In this document: piece by piece, positions 27,295-36,618 of the stretch
Numbering within the stretch: position 1 is the first letter of the stretch
How the letters are laid out: every line of letters begins with the position of its first letter
Assembly (NCBI GenBank): GCA_964486995.1
Contig: CAZAOV010000006.1
Span: 166-64,165, forward strand
Origin: an uncultured Gammaproteobacteria bacterium
GTDB taxonomy: Bacteria > Patescibacteriota > Patescibacteriia > SG8-24
Reading direction: 5' to 3'
DNA length: 64,000 nucleotides
Notes under the pieces: generated by a model
Databases searched by the model: none
What the model was told of the DNA's origin: nothing
The model's input: only the letters and a program-made list of their open reading frames with translations
Position numbers and translations under genes: made by a program

Positions 27295-29967
27295 TTACTT
27301 CTTTTTGGCGGGCTTTTTATGTCCTCTCTTTTTAGTGGGCTTTTTCTCGTCGTCTTCCTGGTGTTTATCCTCGTTCATTTCCGCAAGCTTCTCTTCGACC
27401 ATTCGGTCGATTTCCATGATTGGAATGTCGAGGAAGAGTTCCAGGGCTTCGTCGATGTGGGATAGCGCGTACACCTGGTAGTTGCCAGCACGCTGCGCAT
27501 GTACCACTTCCTCATCTAGCATGAGGTTGTCCACGTTCTGGACGGGGATAGCCACGAAGTGTCCGGGCTGCAACAAGCCGCGGCGGTTGAGCGCACCGAA
27601 GTGACCTTCGATTTTTTCGTTCACTCCACCGATTGGCTGGATTTCGCCCCACTGGTTCATGGAACCGGTGACCGCACCCATTTGATTGATCGGACGTTCG
27701 ATAATGGCAGAGATAATCGCCACATATTCGGCTACAGTCGCGCTATCGCCGTCGATTCCGTCGTAGGTCTGCTCGAACGACAGCTGGGCCACCAAGGACA
27801 ACGCCTTTTTGCGCCCGTACTTGCCGCTCAAGTAACCGATGATGTGATCGACCGCCGCATTGCTTGAGGAGCCGCTCTGCTTCGTTTTGCGCTGAACCAG
27901 AATAACCTTTTCCTTGCCGGCGAAACAGCGCGCGGTGATCCTCTTCGGGATTCCGAACATCACTTCGTGCGACACGCCGAGCACAGCCAGACCGTTAATC
28001 TGTCCGGTTTTGGCTCCCCCGTGCGTCAGCAGGAGGTGCCCTCCGTCTAGGAATTCCTGGTACCGACGAATCGGAAGCGCACGTCGATCAAAACGGGCAT
28101 TGATGGCCTGCTTGATGTGTCGCGGGAACACCCTGGTCGAGCCGTTCTGGCGAGCCCAGTGCGCGGCTTCTGTCACGACATCCTTGATGATGCCGAGCTC
28201 GGTCGAGCACTTGCTTTGGTCGCCGGCGCGGCGACAGCCGTATTCCACCAGCTTAGCCAGCGCCGAGGGTGTGAACGGCGGCAGGCTGCTCTGCTCGCGG
28301 CACATTTTCACGAACTGCCCGTAGATTTTCGGCGCCTCCTCGATTGGCATCTCGCCAGAAAATTCGGAAGTAATGCGGAACAGATTCTCAAACTCGGGCT
28401 CTATATGGCGCAACATCATTTCCAGCCACTGGTCGCATACCGCAATCACGCGAATATCCACCGGGATTTCGTTGGAGCGGTAGTTAATCAGACCTTCTGC
28501 ATCCACAAAGCTGGATTTGCTTTCGATGGTCAGCCGTCCGGTCCGAATAACCTCAAGCAGTTTGTAGAACGCGATCGCACCGCCGCGACGCAGCAGGTCG
28601 TTCAGGTTCATCACCAAGTAGCCGCCGTTGGCTTCGAGAATGGCGCTTTTTTCGACCATCGTATGATCGATGCGCAGAGCGTCATGTCCCATGGGTTCGA
28701 CGTTGATGCGGCCGAAGAGCTTGCTGTAGGACGGCACTTCCAGGTGCACGACTGGCTTGGTGTGCATATCAGCGTTGTCCACCAGGATGCGCACCTCGCA
28801 GCGGTGCAGGACCGTCATCTTTTCGTTTTTGCCGTCGTCTCCGCCCAATCCCGTGACGGCGACCGGGCCGTCTTGCTGGCGCGGCTTGGACGCGTACATG
28901 CCGATGAACTCAACTAGACCATCCAAGAATCGATGAAATTCGGAGTAATCTTCGTGGTCACCGACCAGTTCGCGAATCGGCTGTAGCTTCTGTTTGGCAT
29001 GCGTCTCGGCGAGCTCCAAACAGCCCTTCATGATTTCTCCGACCAGCTCACCGAATTTTTTCATCGTTTCGTTGAGTACGTCTAGACCCTTGGAGATGAG
29101 TTCGGTGGCTTGTTCCTGCCCCTCCTTGTCGAGTTTCTCGAACTCTTCTGGCGTCAGCGCTCGTTCCGTTTTTTCGGGTATCTTGGCGGCGATTCCCACG
29201 GTATGTTCATCCTGTCGGATGAACATCAGTCCCTCGTGGTTGAGCTGCTCTTCAACTCGGGCTAAGATTTTCACCATTTCTTCAGGATTCGACGTTTCGG
29301 ATGCAGTCTTAAGAATATGATGCTGAACGGCAATGGCGTCCTGCAGCCGCTTTTTTTCCGCCTCGTTGAGCGCATCGAATTCTTCCTTAGTCATCGGACG
29401 TTCAGTGGTCTCGGTGACAATCGGAAATATCCCTACGCCCTTCTGCGGATCATGCTCCATGAGCAGTCCGATGGCGTTGAGCTGCTTTTCGGCTTTCTGA
29501 AACAGGTCGCGTCGGACCAGCTCTGCCTTTTGCATCTGGCGCTCGCGGAAATCCTCGATCTCTTCGGGCATTTTGAACGCGGCAGTTTTGCCGAATTCGG
29601 CCAGCATATCCTTGATTCGCTGACTCGTACCCTGAGGCACGAAGGCAGCGATGAATCGCCGCGGCGAATCAAAGTCATGTACCGCAATTACACCATGCGG
29701 GTCGTGCGGCTCTTTCTCTGCTCGTTCAAGCAAAAACTGCACGGAACGAGCCGTGCGTCCGGTGTTTGGCGGACCGGCCACCACGATATTGTAGTGGCTA
29801 CGGGCATAGTCGTCCGCAATCATCTGTAACCCGACTTCCATTGAAGCCAGAGCTTCATTCTGACCGAGCTCGGATGCACTCCCGTCACCGGTCTCGATTC
29901 CGACTGGGTCGCAGATGCGGCGAAGCTTCAGTGTAGGCACAGCCAAATCGTTTCTGTTTGCGGGCAT
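27295..29967 (-). CDS. LonC/LonB-like protease (S16) with degenerate AAA+ module
   Basis: IDGDSAT (Ser) and GGVNEKIEG (Lys) dyad; GPPNTGRT degenerate Walker A; ANGGYLV; GQINGLAV. Confidence 0.9.
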   Translation of the reverse strand: MPANRNDLAVPTLKLRRICDPVGIETGDGSASELGQNEALASMEVGLQMIADDYARSHYNIVVAGPPNTGRTARSVQFLLERAEKEPHDPHGVIAVHDFDSPRRFIAAFVPQGTSQRIKDMLAEFGKTAAFKMPEEIEDFRERQMQKAELVRRDLFQKAEKQLNAIGLLMEHDPQKGVGIFPIVTETTERPMTKEEFDALNEAEKKRLQDAIAVQHHILKTASETSNPEEMVKILARVEEQLNHEGLMFIRQDEHTVGIAAKIPEKTERALTPEEFEKLDKEGQEQATELISKGLDVLNETMKKFGELVGEIMKGCLELAETHAKQKLQPIRELVGDHEDYSEFHRFLDGLVEFIGMYASKPRQQDGPVAVTGLGGDDGKNEKMTVLHRCEVRILVDNADMHTKPVVHLEVPSYSKLFGRINVEPMGHDALRIDHTMVEKSAILEANGGYLVMNLNDLLRRGGAIAFYKLLEVIRTGRLTIESKSSFVDAEGLINYRSNEIPVDIRVIAVCDQWLEMMLRHIEPEFENLFRITSEFSGEMPIEEAPKIYGQFVKMCREQSSLPPFTPSALAKLVEYGCRRAGDQSKCSTELGIIKDVVTEAAHWARQNGSTRVFPRHIKQAINARFDRRALPIRRYQEFLDGGHLLLTHGGAKTGQINGLAVLGVSHEVMFGIPKRITARCFAGKEKVILVQRKTKQSGSSSNAAVDHIIGYLSGKYGRKKALSLVAQLSFEQTYDGIDGDSATVAEYVAIISAIIERPINQMGAVTGSMNQWGEIQPIGGVNEKIEGHFGALNRRGLLQPGHFVAIPVQNVDNLMLDEEVVHAQRAGNYQVYALSHIDEALELFLDIPIMEIDRMVEEKLAEMNEDKHQEDDEKKPTKKRGHKKPAKKK

Positions 29968-30150
29968 GCTTTAACCTCTTTCGCTATCAATTTAATGAAC
30001 GCTTTTGCATCTAATCGTGTTTGGGCTTTAATGTCTTGTGGATAATTGTAAATAGTGAAGATGCATGCTGGGTTGGGTCGTAATTATTTTTCTCTTTTTC
30101 GCCCTTCCCCTTCATAAAAAACCACCCCCATCTAAGGGGTGGTTCACGTT

Positions 30151-30651
30151 TTAGACGTCCGTTTTTTCTTCGATGGGTTTAGCAAATATGTGCGCCACGC
30201 TATTTAGCCATTCCTCGCTCGGCTCGTAAAGCACGAATTCAATTCCGGCCTGCTGGCATGATTCGGCGATTGTGCTATTGCGGTACATTTTACCGGCCAC
30301 GATGCGCTTTACTCCGCCGACAACGAGTTTTTTAAAGCAGTGATAGCAGGGCGAATAGGTCGTGTAGATGGTCGAACCGACGGTGGAGACACTACCCATG
30401 GCTGCGGCCTGTAAAATGCAGTTTTCTTCGCCGTGTACGGTGCGGATGCAGTGACCGTCTTCCATCAGATGCCCTTCTTCGTCATCACAGTGAGGCAGTC
30501 CGGGCGGGGCGCCGTTGTAGCCGGTAGAAATTATGCGATTGTTTTTTACCAGCACCGCACCAGCGCGCAGGCGGTCGCAGGTCGAGCGCATGGCTACGAT
30601 TTTGGCGATACTCATGAAATAGTCGTCCCAGGTTGGTCGTTGATAAGCCAT
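30151..30651 (-). CDS. dCMP deaminase family protein
   Basis: RPTWDDYFM, RSTC, TGYNG, HGEEN, PCYHC motifs. Confidence 0.92.
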   Translation of the reverse strand: MAYQRPTWDDYFMSIAKIVAMRSTCDRLRAGAVLVKNNRIISTGYNGAPPGLPHCDDEEGHLMEDGHCIRTVHGEENCILQAAAMGSVSTVGSTIYTTYSPCYHCFKKLVVGGVKRIVAGKMYRNSTIAESCQQAGIEFVLYEPSEEWLNSVAHIFAKPIEEKTDV

Positions 30652-30710
30652 GTAGTTTTGTTGGTGATGATTTTATATAATATAGAATATTAATAATCAT
30701 CATACTTTTT

Positions 30711-31004
30711 ATGCAAGACTTTCTCAATTTTATTCGCAGGCAAGGAGTTGTTGGCTTGGCGATCGGCTTTATTCTTGGCGGCGCGGTCAGCAGTGTGGTC
30801 AGTTCGTTGGTGAACGATATCATTCAGCCGATTATCGCTACGGTTTTGGGGTCGCCCGAAGGTATGCGTTATTTGATGATTGGTCCGGTGCGCATGGGCA
30901 GTTTTTTTGTGGCGCTGATCGATTTTGTCATCATCGCCGCGGTGGTTTATTTCATATTTAAGAAATTGAAACTGGAAAGACTGGACGAGCAAGAAGAAAA
31001 GTAG
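30711..31004 (+). CDS. mscL: Large-conductance mechanosensitive channel (short form)
   Basis: F-x-x-F-x-x-R-x-x-VVGLAIGFILGGA...VSSLVNDIIQP...GSF...IDFVIIA. Confidence 0.9.
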   Translation: MQDFLNFIRRQGVVGLAIGFILGGAVSSVVSSLVNDIIQPIIATVLGSPEGMRYLMIGPVRMGSFFVALIDFVIIAAVVYFIFKKLKLERLDEQEEK

Positions 31005-31365
31005 AAGATAAAATAGGTATAGATCCTGCGAGTGCAAACTCGCACCCTGCCGCCCTTCTGCTTTTTGCGTTTCCGCGCTTATGTTTTTGCACCCCTTTCC
31101 GTGGAGGGTGCAGGTAAGGTGTCATGGTGAACTGACGACATATTTCCCGGCAAGCTGGTGTCGTAGGCGCAGCGCTACAGTCGTATGCAACGTCATGCAA
31201 GTTTGGGTATGGCGGGCCAACGTTCATGCGGGGGTCATTTCGATTTATTTGTTGCGGACGATAAATTATTCGTTCTTGGTAATTGAAGCGCTGCAACGGT
31301 ACAACGGTTGTTATTTATTTAAATATCGTGTAATTTTTCTACAGCTCATTGAAGGGTGTTGGTAC

Positions 31366-31740
31366 ATGGTCGAAATTTTTGGTCGGCTACTCGCAGCAAT
31401 CGTCGTCGTCTTACCCACCATATCAGCAATTTTTGGCTGGGTTGCTTGTCGAGCGGACTTGGCGTTTCTGTTGGTGCTCATGTTTGGGTTGAGCGCAATC
31501 ATACTTTGGAGTTACTTGTCGCCGCGTTTCGAGCGGCGACCCGAAGATTTCATGGATGAGTTCATTTGCACCATTACACACTGGCAATTGCTGATTTCCG
31601 TGTTCTTGATCATTGTCGTTACTCCGTGCGTGATATTCGTTTCCGGCTGGTCGTGGTGGTGGGTGGCTTTAGGAGCTGTTGGAATGATTACGGTAGCGCA
31701 TATCGCATCTGCTTTGCAGTTGCGATTTGGCTATAAATAA
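31366..31740 (+). CDS. Four-TM membrane protein
   Basis: AGGGTG SD-like motif before ATG 31366; four hydrophobic segments; terminator follows. Confidence 0.6.
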   Translation: MVEIFGRLLAAIVVVLPTISAIFGWVACRADLAFLLVLMFGLSAIILWSYLSPRFERRPEDFMDEFICTITHWQLLISVFLIIVVTPCVIFVSGWSWWWVALGAVGMITVAHIASALQLRFGYK

Positions 31741-31803
31741 ACCGAGCATTATACTCGGTTTTTTGTTAGACGCATTTTATTTCGGGGCCACGTCTTTAGA
31801 GTA

Positions 31804-31921
31804 ACGCCCTTACCTGAAAAACAGTCAAAAAACAGTCAGACTTGTTTTGAAGAATAGCCGTCTTAAAACAAGTCTGACTGTTTTTGAAACTCTCCCGTCT
31901 TAAAACAAGTCTGACTGTTTT
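31804..31921. repeat. Palindromic repeat element, copy A (with duplicated right arm)
   Basis: 21-bp IR arms 31828-31848 and 31865-31885 around a 16-bp core; 27-bp direct repeat at 31858-31884 and 31895-31921. Confidence 0.9.
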
Positions 31922-31941
31922 AACGAGAGGAGCTCCTGCAT

Positions 31942-32559
31942 CTATGATGTCGTTCCAACGTCTTCTGGTGCGGGAGGTGCTTCCGGGCAGGTTCCGTCGT
32001 CGGCGACGTTGCCGTGTAGGCAAGAACAGGAACCGTCTTCCGAATCGTACACTCCACCGCTATCTGTGCAGTTGGTTTGAAACCGCAGTTCTTTGGCTTC
32101 TTGTCCGCGGATGCCGTCAGGTAGGCCAGCAGCGGTACGGCATTCGCCCGATTCCTCGTCGAGTATGTCTTCATCTGGGCAGGTACATGCGTAGGTTTCA
32201 TCATCGTAGATACCCGCGGTTTCCTTGCAGGCTACCATTAGTTCGTATCGGGCGCGCATTTCTTCGCCGCGTTCGCCGTCTGGCGTTCCATCGGCTAGCA
32301 TGCATTCGCCGGAATCCTCATCCAAGGTGGCGTCCTTGCCGCATATACATACCGCAGAACCGACATCAAACGTGCCGCCGGTTTTGGTGCAGGCCACGGC
32401 GAATAAGCTGTCCAGCTCGTCTTCCGTGACTTCACCATTATCGAGTGGATTCACCTGCTCGGGTGGTTCGGTTGGATTTGGGCCGTCGGGCTCGACCACT
32501 GAGATGCAGCTCGCGCCCACGAGCGCTACGGCCGCAAACAAAAAAAGTAGCCTTTTCAT
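31942..32559 (-). CDS. Lipoprotein-like protein with three Cys-rich repeats
   Basis: Lipobox LVGASC; repeats C-x-x-T/S-G/A-G-x-F/Y-D...C-x-C...D-E/D-x-SGEC. Confidence 0.8.
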   Translation of the reverse strand: MKRLLFLFAAVALVGASCISVVEPDGPNPTEPPEQVNPLDNGEVTEDELDSLFAVACTKTGGTFDVGSAVCICGKDATLDEDSGECMLADGTPDGERGEEMRARYELMVACKETAGIYDDETYACTCPDEDILDEESGECRTAAGLPDGIRGQEAKELRFQTNCTDSGGVYDSEDGSCSCLHGNVADDGTCPEAPPAPEDVGTTS

Positions 32560-32568
32560 ATTATATAG

Positions 32569-33049
32569 TTATGCTTGTTCTGTTTTTATCTTACCACGTT
32601 TAGTGCGTTTAAGGCCGTCACGCACCTGCACCTGTCGGGCATCACGGCTACGCATAGCGGAAATTATGCGTTCGATGCAGGCGTCGCGGTCTTCGTGTAG
32701 CTGATGTTCCCAGATGCGCACCACCAGCCAACCGTGCCGACGGAGTTTAGCGAAGTTACGTCGGTCGCGGGCGCGATTGCGTTCGATTTTGTCGCGCCAG
32801 AATTGCGACGGCATTTTGTGTCGCCACTGCGGATAGCGATAGCCATGCCAAAATCCGCCATCGATAAACACCGCCACCTTGCGCATTGGCCAGGCCACAT
32901 CCGGCGTGCCGACCGCGCTTGTAGTGTCTTTGGAAGTAAATGCCGCGTCGGCGCAATTCACCAAACACCAAAAGCCCAATCTTGGTGTTCTTACTGCGGA
33001 TTTTGGACATGATTCTGGAGCGGACCTCCGGCGATACTCTGTCGGTCAT
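32569..33049 (-). pseudogene. vsr: Very short patch repair endonuclease, split by a frameshift near 32915
   Basis: N-terminus MTDRVSPEVRSRIMSKIRSKNTK in one frame; GTPDV...VAVFIDGGFWHG...W-x-x-KIERN-x-x-RD...GWLVVRIWEH in another. Confidence 0.85.
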
Positions 33050-33282
33050 ATGCGTAGAGAATAGCGGAGGTGGTGGGGGAATCAACCCGTTGAGTGTGAA
33101 AGTACAAATGCTCCAAAGTGCAAAAAATACGCGGAAACAAATTTCGAATACGGATAGGGTTTGACGGCCGAAAAGTCGTTCGTTGCGCGGAGCTTTCAAA
33201 TTATCAGGTTTTTAGACCCAATATTAAAAAACCGCTCTTCTTAGTGAGAGCAGTTTTTTGTCCACGTAAACCAGTTTTAAAA

Positions 33283-34293
33283 CTACTTCTGCCCGGCGAG
33301 CATGCCGCAGGCAGCCTTGATGTCTTCGCCGAATGAAACGCGGTGTGTTACTGATACGCCACGCTTTTTGAGGTGGTCGTGAAACGCGTCGCGGCGTTCG
33401 CGCGGTGATGGTGTGAATTTGCCGGTGCGATGATAGCGAATCAGATTTACATGATACAGCGAATTACGGCCAAGTAGCTGAGCCAATTGTTCGGCGTGTT
33501 TTAGCGTATCGTTAATTTCGTAGATCAATAAATATTCAAACATGACTTTGCGTTTGGTTCGGCTCACATACATTTCGACCTCTTTCATGACATCGCTAAT
33601 CGGATACGTGCCGTTTACCGGCATAAGCGCACTGCGGTGTTGGTCGTTCGGCGCGTGCAGTGAAATCGCTAGGTTTAATTGCAGCGGCTCGATCGACAGC
33701 TTGCGAATTCCTGGAACGATGCCGCAGGTCGAGATGGAAATTTTGCGTGCCGCGACGTTTAGTCCGTCTTTATTATTGATAATTCTCACTGCACGTAGCA
33801 CCTCGTCATAGTTATGAAATGGTTCGCCCATACCCATGAAAACCACGTTAGATACGCGTTCACTTTTTTTGTTCAGTTCGCGTGCGAGGTGCAGTACCTG
33901 CTCCACGATTTCACGGGTCGTGAGGTTACGACTGAAGCCGTGCTGGCCGGTGGCACAAAACTCGCACCGCATCGGACAGCCGGCCTGCGACGAAACACAA
34001 ACTGTATTGCGGCCGCCCTGATGCTGTATCAGCACGCTTTCGATTATCAGGCCGTCATCGAGCTGCAGCAGCACTTTGGTCGAATCGCCACGTGACGACT
34101 GGCTGCGCGACATTTCTTTGATTGAAACAATCGGTACTTTCTCCCTCAAATACGCTCGCATTTGATCTGGCAAATCAGTCGCATGCTCCCAACTAGAAAT
34201 CAGTCGAGCAAAAATTGCCCGCTCAGCCTGCTTCAGGCGGAATGGCTTCTCATTGCATGCCTGCACCGCTTTTTGTAGGTCGTTTCGTAGCAT
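33283..34293 (-). CDS. rlmN: 23S rRNA m2A2503 methyltransferase RlmN (radical SAM)
   Basis: CVSSQAGCPMRCEFCATG, FMGMGEP, ISLHA, DIKAACG. Confidence 0.93.
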   Translation of the reverse strand: MLRNDLQKAVQACNEKPFRLKQAERAIFARLISSWEHATDLPDQMRAYLREKVPIVSIKEMSRSQSSRGDSTKVLLQLDDGLIIESVLIQHQGGRNTVCVSSQAGCPMRCEFCATGQHGFSRNLTTREIVEQVLHLARELNKKSERVSNVVFMGMGEPFHNYDEVLRAVRIINNKDGLNVAARKISISTCGIVPGIRKLSIEPLQLNLAISLHAPNDQHRSALMPVNGTYPISDVMKEVEMYVSRTKRKVMFEYLLIYEINDTLKHAEQLAQLLGRNSLYHVNLIRYHRTGKFTPSPRERRDAFHDHLKKRGVSVTHRVSFGEDIKAACGMLAGQK

Positions 34294-34548
34294 ATGACTT
34301 AACTCGAAACAATAGCAGAGAAATGCGGAGTTGGCAAGAATGGGTTGGGCGGATAAAGATTATGTACTTTAGCCTGTAGTGATATGAGCGTATAAGGAGC
34401 GAAGGTTGTTAAATCTGGCGGGTGTACATTCTCGCCTTGCTGGCCTCCTGCCTTTATATCCTTAGATCCTCCTATTCCCACGTGTATTGACTCAAAGAGC
34501 TAAATGTTCTAAGAAGAAAAGACGTACTTTCAAGAAAGGAGCAAAACG

Positions 34549-35211
34549 ATGCATCGGCTTGTCTGTGATCCGCGGATTACCAGCTCTATCGTGCCGATCG
34601 TGGTGGAACAGACCGATCGCGGCGAGCGAGCCTACGATATTTATTCGAGGCTGCTCAAGGATCGGGTCATTATGCTCGGCGACGGTGTGCACAATGTTTC
34701 TGCGGGTCTGGTGGTGGCTCAGATGCTGTATTTGGAGAGCGAGGATCCGCGAGCCCCGATTAACCTGTATATCAACTCTCCAGGTGGCTACGTGATTGAT
34801 GGGTATTCCATCATCAATACCATGAGATACCTTGCGTGTCCGGTTAGGACTATCTGCAACGGCATGGCCGCCTCCATGGGGGCGATGATTCTGGTCAGCG
34901 GGACCGAGGGTATGCGTTTCTGCTTGCCGCTCTCTGAGGTAATGATTCATCAGCCTCTGGGTGGTGCTCAGGGACAGGCCACGGACATCCAGATTGCAGC
35001 TGCACATATTCAGCGCACCAAGGAAACGCTCGTCCGCATCATGGCTGAGCGGACCGGTCAGGAGTACGATAAGGTGGCCATCGATATGGAGCGTGATTTT
35101 TGGATGACCGCCGAAGAGGCGCTTGAGTACGGCATCATCGATGAGATTGTAGAGAAGAATCCGCTTCGAATTGATGATAATGCCGATAAGCCTGACGAGA
35201 TCGACGACTAA
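34549..35211 (+). CDS. clpP: ATP-dependent Clp protease proteolytic subunit
   Basis: [35 protein letters not shown]; SD AAGGAG. Confidence 0.96.
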   Translation: MHRLVCDPRITSSIVPIVVEQTDRGERAYDIYSRLLKDRVIMLGDGVHNVSAGLVVAQMLYLESEDPRAPINLYINSPGGYVIDGYSIINTMRYLACPVRTICNGMAASMGAMILVSGTEGMRFCLPLSEVMIHQPLGGAQGQATDIQIAAAHIQRTKETLVRIMAERTGQEYDKVAIDMERDFWMTAEEALEYGIIDEIVEKNPLRIDDNADKPDEIDD

Positions 35212-35245
35212 TAAAAAAACCGCATGGGATTCCGTGCGGTTTTTT

Positions 35246-36028
35246 CTATCCTTCAAAAATGGTCATGGCGTCATGGAGATATTTTTCGGCGCGTGACCAG
35301 TCGATTGGGTCGAGCGAACTGCCGCTCTTTCGAAGCTGTCCCTGCGCATCGATGCTCACGTCCGGAAATTCTTCGATAATCGGACCGAGAAGATGCAGTG
35401 AGTCCGGACCGAGACCGCCGGCTACGGCTAGGCCTATCTCTGGTGTGCAGGTGCGTATCGCACGGCAGTACGGGAGCAGCGCTCCGGCGTCCATGCCCCG
35501 TCCACGCCCCATGCTCTTGTCGAGCAGGACGTAGTTGATGGCCGGGCTGTATTGCTCGATGAGCAATGCGACCTTTTCCGGGTCGTCGTCTTGCAAAGCC
35601 ATGGCGCGTGAATTCACCTGTAACACGATTTTCAAGTCCGATCGAATGTCGCGGAAATCCCACAGAGCTTCCCGGTCCGGCCAGATCATGTCGATCTGCA
35701 GCGCATCCAGATTCGGTCCGCCGAAAGTGCAGGCCAGAATCAGATTCACCAGCACGTCCTTGCCATCGAAGTCAGCGTAATGCAGGCAGTTCAGCGCACG
35801 ATGATGCCGAGCGAAAATATCGCACAGCTTTTCTTTGGGCGGCCAGACCGCGGCCCATTTGGACGGAATGCCGTTCAGGGTCTTACGGCTAATCATCACC
35901 CCGGCCATCATCAGGCGGTCGGACAACAGGCTGGAGCGAGCGCTCATCATTTTCGAGAAATGCATGATTTGCTCGCTGGTCTCAAAATCACAAATGCCGA
36001 TGTATGGCCGTGGCGGACACAGTGTCAT
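35246..36028 (-). CDS. TrpF/PRAI-like TIM-barrel protein of unknown function
   Basis: VLLDKSMGRG, AVAGGLGP, SIDAQGQL phosphate-binding barrel motifs; SD AAGGAGG. Confidence 0.6.
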   Translation of the reverse strand: MTLCPPRPYIGICDFETSEQIMHFSKMMSARSSLLSDRLMMAGVMISRKTLNGIPSKWAAVWPPKEKLCDIFARHHRALNCLHYADFDGKDVLVNLILACTFGGPNLDALQIDMIWPDREALWDFRDIRSDLKIVLQVNSRAMALQDDDPEKVALLIEQYSPAINYVLLDKSMGRGRGMDAGALLPYCRAIRTCTPEIGLAVAGGLGPDSLHLLGPIIEEFPDVSIDAQGQLRKSGSSLDPIDWSRAEKYLHDAMTIFEG

Positions 36029-36223
36029 GCGAGCCTCCTTTGAATGAGCAAGAATGTAATTTAGCAGACCGTTTGGATATTGGAAAGAGAGTCACAAAAA
36101 TAAAGCACCCCGATTCTTCAGGGTGCTTTTCATCTAAGGTTTGCTTTGCGCCGTGTCGCGGAGGGAGTTGGTTTTTGGTTGCGGCTCAGCGCCAGCAGCG
36201 TAAAAATTGATCAACTCATTCCG

Positions 36224-36532
36224 TTACGCCGCGTTCGGCAAATCCAGCTCTGTTTCGGCTGTGGGAGCCGATTCGTCAGTAAGTATCTTGGTTGCCCAGC
36301 GTGAGCCGGACCTGAACACGGAAGTCAGCGCTTTCAAAAAACGAAAACCGTCGTTCGGCGTCACCGGAGTCCAGCTACCACTAGTCTTGTCCAGGATTCC
36401 AGCATTGAGTTGTCGCTCCAAGTTCGAATCGTCGGTTTGCACGGAAACCGTGCCGTTCTGGTTGAGGATGCATTTAGCGACGACTGTCTGGCCGTCGCGA
36501 GCCATGGTATCCCTGATCTCTACCCACTGCAT
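36224..36532 (-). CDS. Hypothetical protein (102 aa)
   Basis: SD AAGGAGG; promoter TTGACA-N17-TAAATT at 36585-36613. Confidence 0.7.
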   Translation of the reverse strand: MQWVEIRDTMARDGQTVVAKCILNQNGTVSVQTDDSNLERQLNAGILDKTSGSWTPVTPNDGFRFLKALTSVFRSGSRWATKILTDESAPTAETELDLPNAA

Positions 36533-36618
36533 AATTTCTCCCTCCTTGCCCCTCGCGGGGCATTGCCCGGTTGGACAATAGGTTAATTTACATTATTTTG
36601 ACGTTTTTGTCAATCCAG

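Noticed and set aside
31081-31365. N-terminal 95 codons of the 219-aa ORF
   Set aside because: Spans structured intergenic and promoter sequence; the ATG at 31366 has an SD-like motif and starts the hydrophobic domain.
31828-31921. GTTTT...AAAAC-bounded repeats suggesting a CRISPR array
   Set aside because: Only two direct copies with 10 unique nt between them, arms mostly inverted, and no cas genes.
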